Part shown: piece by piece, positions 1 through 7,023 of the stretch
How positions within the stretch are numbered: the first letter of the stretch is position 1
Layout of the letters: each line of letters opens with the position of its first letter
NCBI GenBank assembly: GCA_049700215.1
Contig: JBNAVT010000013.1
Location: 1-15,407 of the forward strand
Reading direction: 5' to 3'
DNA length: 15,407 nt
Source: Thermoproteota archaeon
Lineage (GTDB): Archaea > Thermoproteota > EX4484-205 > JAAOZP01
Notes under the pieces: model-generated
What the model was told of the DNA's origin: nothing
The model's database searches: none
Seen by the model: the letters and a program-made list of their open reading frames with translations, nothing else
Translations under genes and position numbers: made by a program

Positions 1-6
1 ATTAGG

Positions 7-243
7 ATGAGCGAATATTTGATGCTCTTCGACGTTCACGAGAGTAATAGGAGGTGGTTTGAAGAGAATTACGATGCGTTGGTTAAAAAGTTTGACAAGA
101 AGTTCATAGCTATTTATGACCAGAAGGTGGTTGATTCAGACCCCGACTTAGATAGGCTTATTAGTAGGGTTGAAGCCAAGTTTCCATTAGAAAAAGTTTC
201 AATAGAATACGTGACTAAGGAGAAGATTCAGCTTATTCTATGA
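7..243 (+). CDS. DUF5678-like small protein, putative partner or antitoxin of the downstream protease
   Basis: 78 aa. The pattern WFEENY..L..KF..KFIAIYDQKVVDSD resembles the DUF5678 family. Its stop overlaps the next start (ATGA at 240-243). Confidence 0.7.
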   Translation: MSEYLMLFDVHESNRRWFEENYDALVKKFDKKFIAIYDQKVVDSDPDLDRLISRVEAKFPLEKVSIEYVTKEKIQLIL

Positions 244-689
244 GGATTAAAGGTTTCTTGGAGAGAAAGTTTGACCCACCTGCCCCCTTCGTTAAGGCAA
301 TATTAGTCTCCGAGGAGCTCAACTTAAGCAAGCTTGTGGATTTTCACATTGATACTGGGGCCTCAGCATCCATAATTCTCGATAAGGACCTGAGGTATCT
401 TAAATTAGATGTTACCAAGCTTAGAAGGGCTGAAAGAAATGTTGGTGGAATAGGCGGCATGATCGAAACATATATTATTAAAGACGCAAATTTAATGTTT
501 AGAGTAGACGATGGCTCTTTATGTAAAGAGCAAATAAAAATGCTTGTGGGTAGACATGATTTAATGAGCCTTGATGCAGAGTCGAAGAAGCTGATCATGG
601 TTATGCCTTCCTTACTTGGAAGAGATGTGTTGCGGAGATATAAACTAATATATAACGAACGATCTAATGAAGTTTTCCTGGAAAGATGA
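240..689 (+). CDS. Retropepsin-like (clan AA) aspartyl protease
   Basis: 149 aa with the catalytic motif FHIDTGAS, a flap-like GGIGG and a C-terminal LLGRDVL. Confidence 0.85.
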   Translation: MRIKGFLERKFDPPAPFVKAILVSEELNLSKLVDFHIDTGASASIILDKDLRYLKLDVTKLRRAERNVGGIGGMIETYIIKDANLMFRVDDGSLCKEQIKMLVGRHDLMSLDAESKKLIMVMPSLLGRDVLRRYKLIYNERSNEVFLER

Positions 690-733
690 AACAAGCTGTG
701 GGTTGATATGCATTAGACCTAATAGTTCTTCTT

Positions 734-922
734 TCATTTTTTAGCGCGCGCGCATATGGTTTCAACTATCTTTGAGTTTTTAATTTCTTCATCTTTTGTA
801 ATTAACGTGGCGTTAAGAATCTTCGCAGTTGCAACAATGATTCTGTCATGAAGTTCTTTCAGTCTTATGTGAGGAAGGAGCCTTATCACTTGGAGGTTAA
901 GAGAAGCAGGAACGAAATTCAT
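734..922 (-). pseudogene. C-terminal half of a VapC/PIN toxin
   Basis: ELHDRIIVATAKILNATLITKDEEIK is a typical PIN C-terminal pattern. The N-terminal PIN motif (hhD[T/A]) is absent. The piece is bounded by GC tracts at 744-753 and 924-929. Confidence 0.8.
744..753. repeat. (GC)5 junction tract
   Basis: TTAGCGCGCGCGCAT. It lies where the C-terminal end of the inverted PIN remnant would be. Confidence 0.9.
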
Positions 923-928
923 AGCGCG

Positions 929-1006
929 CTACAGTATAAAGCTTCTCAGCTTTTTAATCTCTTCTTCAAGCTCATTCAGCCTTTTAGTTACTTCCACCAT
1001 TTTCAT
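929..1006 (-). pseudogene. N-terminal stub of a small coiled-coil antitoxin-like gene
   Basis: Own translation: MKMVEVTKRLNELEEEIKKLRSFIL*. Its TAG stop is formed at the TAGCGCGC junction, directly upstream of the PIN remnant on the same strand. Confidence 0.55.
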
Positions 1007-1033
1007 AATAACTTTGATAGAAACTATTAGCGC

Positions 1034-1075
1034 GCTTGATCTACTAATGCTTTTAAGAATGCTTAAATACTGGTT
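1034..1075 (+). repeat. 42-bp direct repeat, copy 1 (contains a TATA-like TTAAATA)
   Basis: GCTTGATCTACTAATGCTTTTAAGAATGCTTAAATACTGGTT is identical to 1658-1699. Confidence 0.95.
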
Positions 1076-1092
1076 TTTGTTTTCTTTAAAAC

Positions 1093-1305
1093 GTGAAGAA
1101 TAGGAGATTCACAGTCCGGTTGAAGAAGGATCCGGAATCCGGCTGGTATGCCGCGAGGTGTGTAGAGCTTCCGGAAGTTATTTCTCAGGGACGAACTGAG
1201 GAGGAGGCTTTGATGAATATTAGGGAAGCGTTAGAATTAGTGCTTGAAGAGTATGAGAAAGAGGCGGAGAAAGAAGGGCATAAACTGGTAGAGCTCGTTG
1301 TCTAA
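1093..1305 (+). CDS. hicB: HicB-family antitoxin (short form without a DNA-binding domain)
   Basis: 70 aa with GWYAARCVELPEVISQGRTEEEALMNIREALEL, the typical HicB/UPF0150 signature. GTG start. Confidence 0.92.
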   Translation: MKNRRFTVRLKKDPESGWYAARCVELPEVISQGRTEEEALMNIREALELVLEEYEKEAEKEGHKLVELVV

Positions 1306-1519
1306 GCTTCCTGTTGTTTCCGGAAGGGATGTGATAAGGGCTCTTTCTAAACTGGGTTTTTATCCAGTAAGGCAAAGGGGGAGCCATGTGTTCCTGAGGC
1401 ATGAGGACGGAAGGCGTACCGTGGTTCCTCTTCACGAAGAGATTAATAAGACGACGCTCATGGATATTCTGAATCAAATTGGTCTAACTAAAGAAGAATT
1501 TCTGAAGTTATTAAAGTGA
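1298..1519 (+). CDS. hicA: HicA-family mRNA interferase toxin
   Basis: 73 aa with LGF..VRQRGSHVFL.H.DGRRTVVPLH, including the catalytic GSH. Overlaps the end of hicB. Confidence 0.93.
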   Translation: MSKLPVVSGRDVIRALSKLGFYPVRQRGSHVFLRHEDGRRTVVPLHEEINKTTLMDILNQIGLTKEEFLKLLK

Positions 1520-1550
1520 AAAGACAAGAACATATTCTGGTCGAAAATAA

Positions 1551-1657
1551 GGGTTTGAGACCCTAGTCTACGAGGCTTCTAAGGCTACTTACGATCTTTA
1601 CGGTGTTGCTGTTTCTAAGACTGGTGACGTTTATGTTTCCTGCCCGTATACTGACGA
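1551..1657 (+). pseudogene. Possible NHL/beta-propeller repeat gene fragment
   Basis: An open frame with no start codon reads GFETLVYEASKATYDLYGVAVSKTGDVYVSCPYTD. GVAV..TGDVYV resembles an NHL repeat blade. Confidence 0.35.
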
Positions 1658-1699
1658 GCTTGATCTACTAATGCTTTTAAGAATGCTTAAATACTGGTT
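1658..1699 (+). repeat. 42-bp direct repeat, copy 2
   Basis: Identical to 1034-1075. Confidence 0.95.
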
Positions 1700-1714
1700 G
1701 GTGAGAATACCGTA

Positions 1715-1801
1715 ATGGACATGGCTGAGATCGTTGTAAGGATTCCGACCGAGGTTAGTGAGGAGCTTCTCGCCAAGTTGAAGAAGGATATAAGCAGTTG
1801 A
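1715..1801 (+). pseudogene. Truncated antitoxin-like (RHH-type N-terminus) stub
   Basis: Own translation: MDMAEIVVRIPTEVSEELLAKLKKDISS*. It follows the repeated promoter, has no partner toxin, and a GC tract follows at 1828-1835. Confidence 0.45.
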
Positions 1802-1840
1802 TACTAACATCCTGTTTTCATTCTTTAGCGCGCGCCTAAA

Positions 1841-1854
1841 ATAATGTTTATATA
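1841..1854 (+). promoter_or_regulatory. Putative archaeal TATA promoter of the vapBC pair
   Basis: ATAATG-TTTATATA, ending about 22 nt before ATG 1877. Confidence 0.6.
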
Positions 1855-1876
1855 GGAGCTGGATGGGTAATCTATA

Positions 1877-2119
1877 ATGATGAGCTCATCTGGTAAGCTC
1901 GTGAATGTATCAGTGAAGGTTCCGGAGGAGCTTAGGGAGCGGATGCGCCGTGTGAAAGTTGATTGGAGCGAGTATCTCAGGGAGGCGATAAGTGCCAAGA
2001 TTAGGGAGGAGCTTGCAAGGGAGGCGGCTGAGAAGCTCGACGAGATCAGGCGGAGGGCGAGAAGGGTGCCGACGGAGGTTCTTGTTGGATGGCTGAGGGA
2101 AGAGAGGGAAAGAAGGTAA
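1877..2119 (+). CDS. vapB: VapB-type antitoxin (ribbon-helix-helix-like)
   Basis: VNVSVKVPEELRERMRRVKVDWSEYLREAI is a typical archaeal RHH antitoxin pattern. Overlaps the PIN gene. Confidence 0.82.
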   Translation: MMSSSGKLVNVSVKVPEELRERMRRVKVDWSEYLREAISAKIREELAREAAEKLDEIRRRARRVPTEVLVGWLREERERR

Positions 2120-2553
2120 AGCTGGTAATCGATGCAAGCGTCGCTACGAAATGGATCATACCCGGCGAGCCCTGGGAGGAGGAAGCCGACGCGTTGAAGA
2201 ATGCGATTGCCTCGGGCAGCTTAGAAGCATATGCCCCCACACTCATAATCTATGAGCTCGCCTCAGCCATGTCTAAAGCTATTAGGAACAACGTCCTGAA
2301 AACTCGAGATGGAACTGATGCTCTAGAAGCGGTAGGCTCCCTCGGAATCAAACTAACTCCAATACTCTGGAGGGAAGCCGCTGAAATTCTCGAAGCAGCC
2401 ACCACTTCAGGCCTAACAGTATACGACTCAGCATACCTCTGGCTCTCAAGAAGACTTGGGGGAAGGCTCGTCACAGCAGATGAAAAACTTAAGGAGAAAG
2501 GAGCAACCATCACAGAAACCATCTTGCTAGGAGAGCTGGAACTAAACATCTGA
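2089..2553 (+). CDS. vapC: VapC/PIN-domain ribonuclease toxin
   Basis: LVIDASVATKW, YELASA, TVYDSAYL and LVTADEKL carry the PIN acidic residues. The exact start is uncertain. Confidence 0.9.
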   Translation: MAEGREGKKVKLVIDASVATKWIIPGEPWEEEADALKNAIASGSLEAYAPTLIIYELASAMSKAIRNNVLKTRDGTDALEAVGSLGIKLTPILWREAAEILEAATTSGLTVYDSAYLWLSRRLGGRLVTADEKLKEKGATITETILLGELELNI

Positions 2554-2565
2554 ATAGAAGGGCAA

Positions 2566-2637
2566 TGGATAACCATAGTAAATCCCTTCCCCGGGAAAAC
2601 AGTAATAGAATACCATAAATTCCTAAAGAAAAGCTAG
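2566..2637 (+). pseudogene. C-terminal tail of a PIN toxin paralogous to 10100-10582
   Basis: WITIVNPFPGKTVIEYHKFLKKS* aligns with WIKAVNPIPEDKMQELRAFLKGS, 11/23 identical by manual alignment. Confidence 0.65.
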
Positions 2638-2669
2638 GCGGATAAAACTCCGAAAACCTGGCGCGCGTC

Positions 2670-2697
2670 ATTTTGAATAAAGTTGGCCTAACTAGAG
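2670..2697 (+). pseudogene. 28-bp hicA-like fragment between two GC tracts
   Basis: ATTTTGAATAAAGTTGGCCTAACTAGAG (ILNKVGLTR) versus hicA 1466-1493 ATTCTGAATCAAATTGGTCTAACTAAAG (ILNQIGLTK), 23/28 nt identical. Confidence 0.65.
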
Positions 2698-2724
2698 TGG
2701 CGTGCGATGCTTGAACATTCCGTA

Positions 2725-2737
2725 TAAGGTTTAAATT
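2725..2737 (+). promoter_or_regulatory. Putative BRE/TATA promoter of the rml operon
   Basis: TAAGG-TTTAAATT, about 25 nt upstream of ATG 2763. Confidence 0.55.
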
Positions 2738-2762
2738 TCAGGGAGATTACTGGTTCCACTAA

Positions 2763-3824
2763 ATGAAAGGTGTTGTCTTGCATGGTGGCGCCGGCACTCG
2801 GCTTCGTCCCTTGACTTTCAGCGGCCCTAAGCAGCTTATTCCCGTGGCGAACAAGCCTATAAGCCAGTATGTTTTAGAGGATTTGCGGAGTATCGGTGTT
2901 GTCGACGTGGCGATTGTTCTTGGCGAGACTTTTCCGGAGCTTGTAATGCAGCATTACGGTGATGGAAGCAGGTTCAACATGAGGATATCTTATGTTCACC
3001 AGGGTAAGCCCCTGGGCATTGCTCACGCAGTATACTTGTGCAGGGATTTCGTTCAGGACGATAGCTTCATAGTTTACCTTGGGGATAATCTTCTTCAGAA
3101 CGGTATTAAGGCTTATTTCGAGAAGTTTCTCGTGAACGATTACGACTGCATGGTTCTTTTGAAGGAGGTTGATGATCCTTCGAGGTTCGGCGTCGCAGAG
3201 TTCGATGATAAGGGTGGTCTCGTGAGGCTTGTCGAGAAGCCTAGGGTTCCCCCCAGCAGGTTCGCATTAGTCGGAGTATACTTCTTTAAGCCCGTTGTCT
3301 TCGAAATCATTAAGGGTTTGAAGCCCAGCTGGAGGGGTGAGCTCGAGATTACCGACGCTGTTCAAACAATGCTTGAAAAGGGTTTTCGAGTGAGCTACAG
3401 TATTGTCGACGGGTGGTGGCTCGACACTGGGAAGAAAGACGATATCCTGTACGCTAACTCGCTGATCCTGGATGAGTATGGGGCTAGAGAGGTTAAGGGT
3501 GAGCTGGTCGACTCCAGGGCTGAGGGAAGGGTTTCCGTCGGGGAGGGCAGCAGGGTTGTCAACAGCACTGTAAGGGGTCCCGCGGTGATAGGTGGGGGCT
3601 GCGTTATTCAAAACTCTTTCATCGGTCCCTACACGAGCATAGGTGATAACGTTAAGGTTTTGAACAGTTCGATAGAGTACTCCATCGTTTTAGAGGGGGC
3701 TTGCATCGAGGATGTTGAAAGGCTTGAGGAGAGCCTCGTCGGCAAGAATGCTAGGGTTGTGAAGAACAGGGCTAGAAAGGCTTTAAGACTTCACGTCGGG
3801 GACTACTCCGAGGTGGAGCTATAG
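2763..3824 (+). CDS. rmlA: Glucose-1-phosphate thymidylyltransferase (long form)
   Basis: GVVLHGGAGTRLRPLT..PKQLIPVANKP, LVEKP, PSWRGELEITDA and WWLDTG, followed by a C-terminal hexapeptide-like domain. 353 aa. Confidence 0.95.
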   Translation: MKGVVLHGGAGTRLRPLTFSGPKQLIPVANKPISQYVLEDLRSIGVVDVAIVLGETFPELVMQHYGDGSRFNMRISYVHQGKPLGIAHAVYLCRDFVQDDSFIVYLGDNLLQNGIKAYFEKFLVNDYDCMVLLKEVDDPSRFGVAEFDDKGGLVRLVEKPRVPPSRFALVGVYFFKPVVFEIIKGLKPSWRGELEITDAVQTMLEKGFRVSYSIVDGWWLDTGKKDDILYANSLILDEYGAREVKGELVDSRAEGRVSVGEGSRVVNSTVRGPAVIGGGCVIQNSFIGPYTSIGDNVKVLNSSIEYSIVLEGACIEDVERLEESLVGKNARVVKNRARKALRLHVGDYSEVEL

Positions 3825-3854
3825 GCTTATTACCATGCACGCTATGGTTTAAAC

Positions 3855-4385
3855 ATGCCGCAGGATAAGGCTAGGGAGCTCCCTCTCGCTGGCGTGAGGC
3901 TTCTCAACCTGGCTAGGCATCCTGATGAACGCGGAGTGTTCGCTGAAATCATGCGTTCAGACTGGGCGGGCCTTCTAGAGGGGGATTCTCTTCTGCAGGC
4001 AAACCTCTCCGTGACGTACCCGGGCGTCGTGAGGGCCTGGCATAGGCATGAGAGGGGTCAGACAGACTATTTCCTCGTTTTAAGAGGCTCTGTTAAAGCC
4101 TGCGTCTACGATGAGAAGGAGGCCCACCTGCTTGAAACAGTGCTTTCAGGTGAAGTACTGCAGGTTCTGAGGGTTCCTGGCCACTACTGGCACGGCTTCA
4201 AGGTTGTGAGCCCTGAGCCAGCCTACCTGGTTTACTTCGTGAACAGGCTTTACGACTACGAGGAGCCTGACGAGGTCAGGAGGCCCTGGAACGATCCCCA
4301 GATAGTTCCAAGGATGATAAACGGTAGGATTGATGATCCGCGGTGCAACAGGCCGTGGGACTGGTTTTACCCTCCCCACAGGTGA
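3855..4385 (+). CDS. rmlC: dTDP-4-dehydrorhamnose 3,5-epimerase family (cupin)
   Basis: DERGVFAE, GVVRAWHRH and VPGHYWHGF motifs, and its position in the rml operon. Confidence 0.9.
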   Translation: MPQDKARELPLAGVRLLNLARHPDERGVFAEIMRSDWAGLLEGDSLLQANLSVTYPGVVRAWHRHERGQTDYFLVLRGSVKACVYDEKEAHLLETVLSGEVLQVLRVPGHYWHGFKVVSPEPAYLVYFVNRLYDYEEPDEVRRPWNDPQIVPRMINGRIDDPRCNRPWDWFYPPHR

Positions 4386-4389
4386 GAGC

Positions 4390-5391
4390 ATGCGTCTCCT
4401 GGTTACTGGCGGCTGCGGGTTCATAGGGAGCAACTTCATCAGGCACGTGTTGAAAACGCACGGGGATGTTGAGATTGTTAACGTTGACAACCTGTCCTAC
4501 GGCTCTAGCCTGAGCAACCTGAAGGATATTGAGGATGATAAGCGGTACAGGTTTGTAAGGGGGAGCGTATGCGACCCTGCTCTCATGAGCATGCTCGTGA
4601 ATGATGCTGATGCTGCCGTAAACTTTGCGGCTGAGAGCCATGTTGACCGCAGCATAGCCGACCCCTGGCCCTTCTTCAGGAGCAATACTGAAGGCGTTCT
4701 AGTCCTTCTTGAGGCGGTTAGGAGGAGCAGCAGGAACGTTAGGCTTGTTCAAGTCGGCACTGACGAGAGCTACGGCGATATTCTGGAGGGCTCCTTCAAG
4801 GAGGAGGATGGGCTTAAGCCCTCAAGCCCCTACGCTGCTTCAAAAGCCTCAGCAGACCTTTTCTGCCTAGCCTACCATAGGACCTACGGGCTGAACGTGT
4901 GCGTTACGCGCTGCACTAACAATTTCGGGCCATACCAGTTTCCAGAGAAGCTTATTCCCAAGACGATAGTCAGGGCGATGCTGAATCTTAAGATTCCGAT
5001 TTACGGGAGCGGGAGGAATGTGAGAGACTGGATTTACGTCCTGGACCATTGCGAAGCGTTAGACACGGTTTTGAGAAAAGGGAGGAAGGGTGAAATCTAC
5101 AATATTGCTGGAGGAAACGAGCTTTCAAACCTTCAGGTTGTAGACAGGATTCTGGAGCTCATGGGTAAGCCTAGAGACCTTGTGGAGTTTGTAGAGGACA
5201 GGCCTGGCCACGACGTGCGGTACAGCCTCGACTCCTCTAAAATCAGGAGCGAGCTGGGCTGGGAGCCTAGGCACGTTTTCAACGAGGCTTTGAAGAAAAC
5301 TGTAGAATGGTATTTGAGTAACGAGTGGTGGTGGAGACCTCTGGCTGGCGAGCAGGTTCTTCACCCTACACCTTGGAGGCTCAAGTGGTAG
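4390..5391 (+). CDS. rmlB: dTDP-glucose 4,6-dehydratase
   Basis: LLVTGGCGFIGSNF, NFAAESHVDRSI, TDESYG, PSSPYAASKAS, NNFGPYQFPEKLIP and DRPGHDVRY. Start placed at ATG 4390 (GGTGAG at 4381) rather than 4330. Confidence 0.96.
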   Translation: MRLLVTGGCGFIGSNFIRHVLKTHGDVEIVNVDNLSYGSSLSNLKDIEDDKRYRFVRGSVCDPALMSMLVNDADAAVNFAAESHVDRSIADPWPFFRSNTEGVLVLLEAVRRSSRNVRLVQVGTDESYGDILEGSFKEEDGLKPSSPYAASKASADLFCLAYHRTYGLNVCVTRCTNNFGPYQFPEKLIPKTIVRAMLNLKIPIYGSGRNVRDWIYVLDHCEALDTVLRKGRKGEIYNIAGGNELSNLQVVDRILELMGKPRDLVEFVEDRPGHDVRYSLDSSKIRSELGWEPRHVFNEALKKTVEWYLSNEWWWRPLAGEQVLHPTPWRLKW

Positions 5392-6275
5392 TTTTGAGAA
5401 TCCTGGTGACAGGGGCAAGCGGGCTGGTCGGCCACAGAGTCGCCAGGCTAGCGTTGGAGAAGGGCCACGAGGTCTATTGTCTCTACAGGGAGCATGCTGT
5501 GAACATCGGCGTGCCTCTTACGCTCGACATAACCGACGGGGGCAGGCTGTTGAAGACTATCTCTGAGGTCAAACCGAACGCAATCATTCACACGGCGGCC
5601 TACACTGATGTCGACGGCTGCGAGGCCAATAGGGATCTGGCTTGGAGGGTGAACGCGGAGGCGACGAGAAGCATTGCGGAAGCGTCAGCTGAAAACGGTT
5701 CACACATGGTTTACGTTTCAACAGACTATGTTTTCGACGGTGAGAAAGGCCTGTACCTTGAGGATGACCAGACTAATCCTGTTAACTATTATGGTTTCAC
5801 GAAACTTAAGGGGGAGGAGTTCGTTAAAGAGTATGCTGTAGAGTGGTGTATTGCCAGAACAAGCGTAATCTACGGGTGGAGCCTCACGGGGAAGCCTAAC
5901 TTTGCCACATGGGTGATTAATAATTTGAGGCAGAGGAAGGAGGTTAATGCGCTCATAGACCAGTACGTGTCGCCGACGCTTAACACTAACCTGGCTGAGA
6001 TGCTTCTGGAGGTTGCGGAGAGGAGGATAACCGGAGTACTACATGCCTCGGGCGCTACAAGAATCAATAGATACATGTTTGCATTGAAACTCGCTGAAGC
6101 CTTCAGCCTAGATAAGGATTTGGTGAAGCCGGCTGAGATGAGAAGTATCTCTTGGAAGGCCAGGAGGCCGAGAGACTCCTCTCTAAACGTGGATAAGGCT
6201 TCAACATTGCTTAAGGCCAAACCGTTGAAGCTTGAACAAGCTTTGCGGAATATGAGAAACATTAAACCCGGATAG
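5385..6275 (+). CDS. rmlD: dTDP-4-dehydrorhamnose reductase
   Basis: ILVTGASGLVG, HTAAYTDVDGCE, STDYVFDG, YYGFTKLKGE and DQYVSPT. Start is GTG 5385 (GGAGG at 5375-5379) or TTG 5394. Confidence 0.93.
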   Translation: MVVLRILVTGASGLVGHRVARLALEKGHEVYCLYREHAVNIGVPLTLDITDGGRLLKTISEVKPNAIIHTAAYTDVDGCEANRDLAWRVNAEATRSIAEASAENGSHMVYVSTDYVFDGEKGLYLEDDQTNPVNYYGFTKLKGEEFVKEYAVEWCIARTSVIYGWSLTGKPNFATWVINNLRQRKEVNALIDQYVSPTLNTNLAEMLLEVAERRITGVLHASGATRINRYMFALKLAEAFSLDKDLVKPAEMRSISWKARRPRDSSLNVDKASTLLKAKPLKLEQALRNMRNIKPG

Positions 6276-6301
6276 CACGCGCATGAAGATATTATTTAGC
6301 C

Positions 6302-6544
6302 GTGCCAAAACAGATTGAAATAGAGGTTCCGGAAGAAATACATGCCTTAATCGAATCCGATCCATTTATGAAGCTGCTTTTGGAGAGGGTCGTCAGAGAA
6401 GAGGCTGTGAACTATGCGCTATCCATATTGACGCTTGATAAGCTTACAGAGGACTCTATGCTGACAGAGGATGATGCAGTGAAGGTGGACAGAAAGGTCA
6501 AGGAAGGTATCGGGAAAAGGGTTGAGGATGAAAATAATCGTTGA
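6302..6544 (+). CDS. Putative antitoxin (small protein upstream of a PIN gene)
   Basis: 80 aa with an N-terminal IEIEVPEEI. Overlaps the PIN gene. Confidence 0.6.
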   Translation: MPKQIEIEVPEEIHALIESDPFMKLLLERVVREEAVNYALSILTLDKLTEDSMLTEDDAVKVDRKVKEGIGKRVEDENNR

Positions 6545-6935
6545 CGCTAACAAATTAATCTCGTGCCTGCTTAAGGATAGTTTAACTCTGAGCTTAGCGA
6601 AATACGAGGTTGGAAACCCACTTTGGAAGGAGGCTCTGCTTCAGAAAAGAATAAGTATTCAGGAGGCTTTTGAAACAATGCTCTTGCTGAACAAAGTTTT
6701 GAAAATAATGGGAACTGTGAATCCTTCGAATGATGGAATGGTTCTAAAGCTAGCATGTGAACTTAAAGCAACGTTCTATGACGCATCATACATAGCGGCG
6801 TCGATAGAGAACAATTCAAGGCTAGTAACCGATGACGAGAAGCTTACGAGGAAAATACGGGAGAACGCTAACACTATAGTTAAAATACTTGGACATAAAA
6901 CGGAAGCACCATCAAGCAGTAACATCACGGGTTGA
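6528..6935 (+). CDS. vapC: PIN-domain toxin, possibly internally deleted or chimeric
   Basis: MKIIVDAN, YEVGN, TFYDASYIA and LVTDDEKL. The spacing between the first Asp and the conserved Glu is unusually short. Confidence 0.75.
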   Translation: MKIIVDANKLISCLLKDSLTLSLAKYEVGNPLWKEALLQKRISIQEAFETMLLLNKVLKIMGTVNPSNDGMVLKLACELKATFYDASYIAASIENNSRLVTDDEKLTRKIRENANTIVKILGHKTEAPSSSNITG

Positions 6936-6978
6936 AAGGAGAGAATGATGTCAAGTTGTCGAGCGCACGTGTTTTCCT

Positions 6979-6992
6979 GAAAAGGCTTATAA
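6979..6992 (+). promoter_or_regulatory. BRE/TATA promoter of the collapsed module
   Basis: GAAAAGGC-TTATAA, upstream of ATG 7024. Confidence 0.6.
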
Positions 6993-7023
6993 GTAATCTC
7001 GTTAAATTCTGAAGAACGGCAAA

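Noticed and set aside
719-1030. 9-bp inverted repeat CTAATAGTT / AACTATTAG flanking the inverted remnant (MITE-like ends)
   Set aside because: It is short and AT-rich, does not extend, and has no target-site duplication. Chance is plausible.
2116-2119. Possible loss of a GTG start for vapC (GTAA instead of a GTGA overlap)
   Set aside because: An in-frame ATG at 2089 with an upstream GAGGT gives a plausible start, so pseudogenisation is unsupported.
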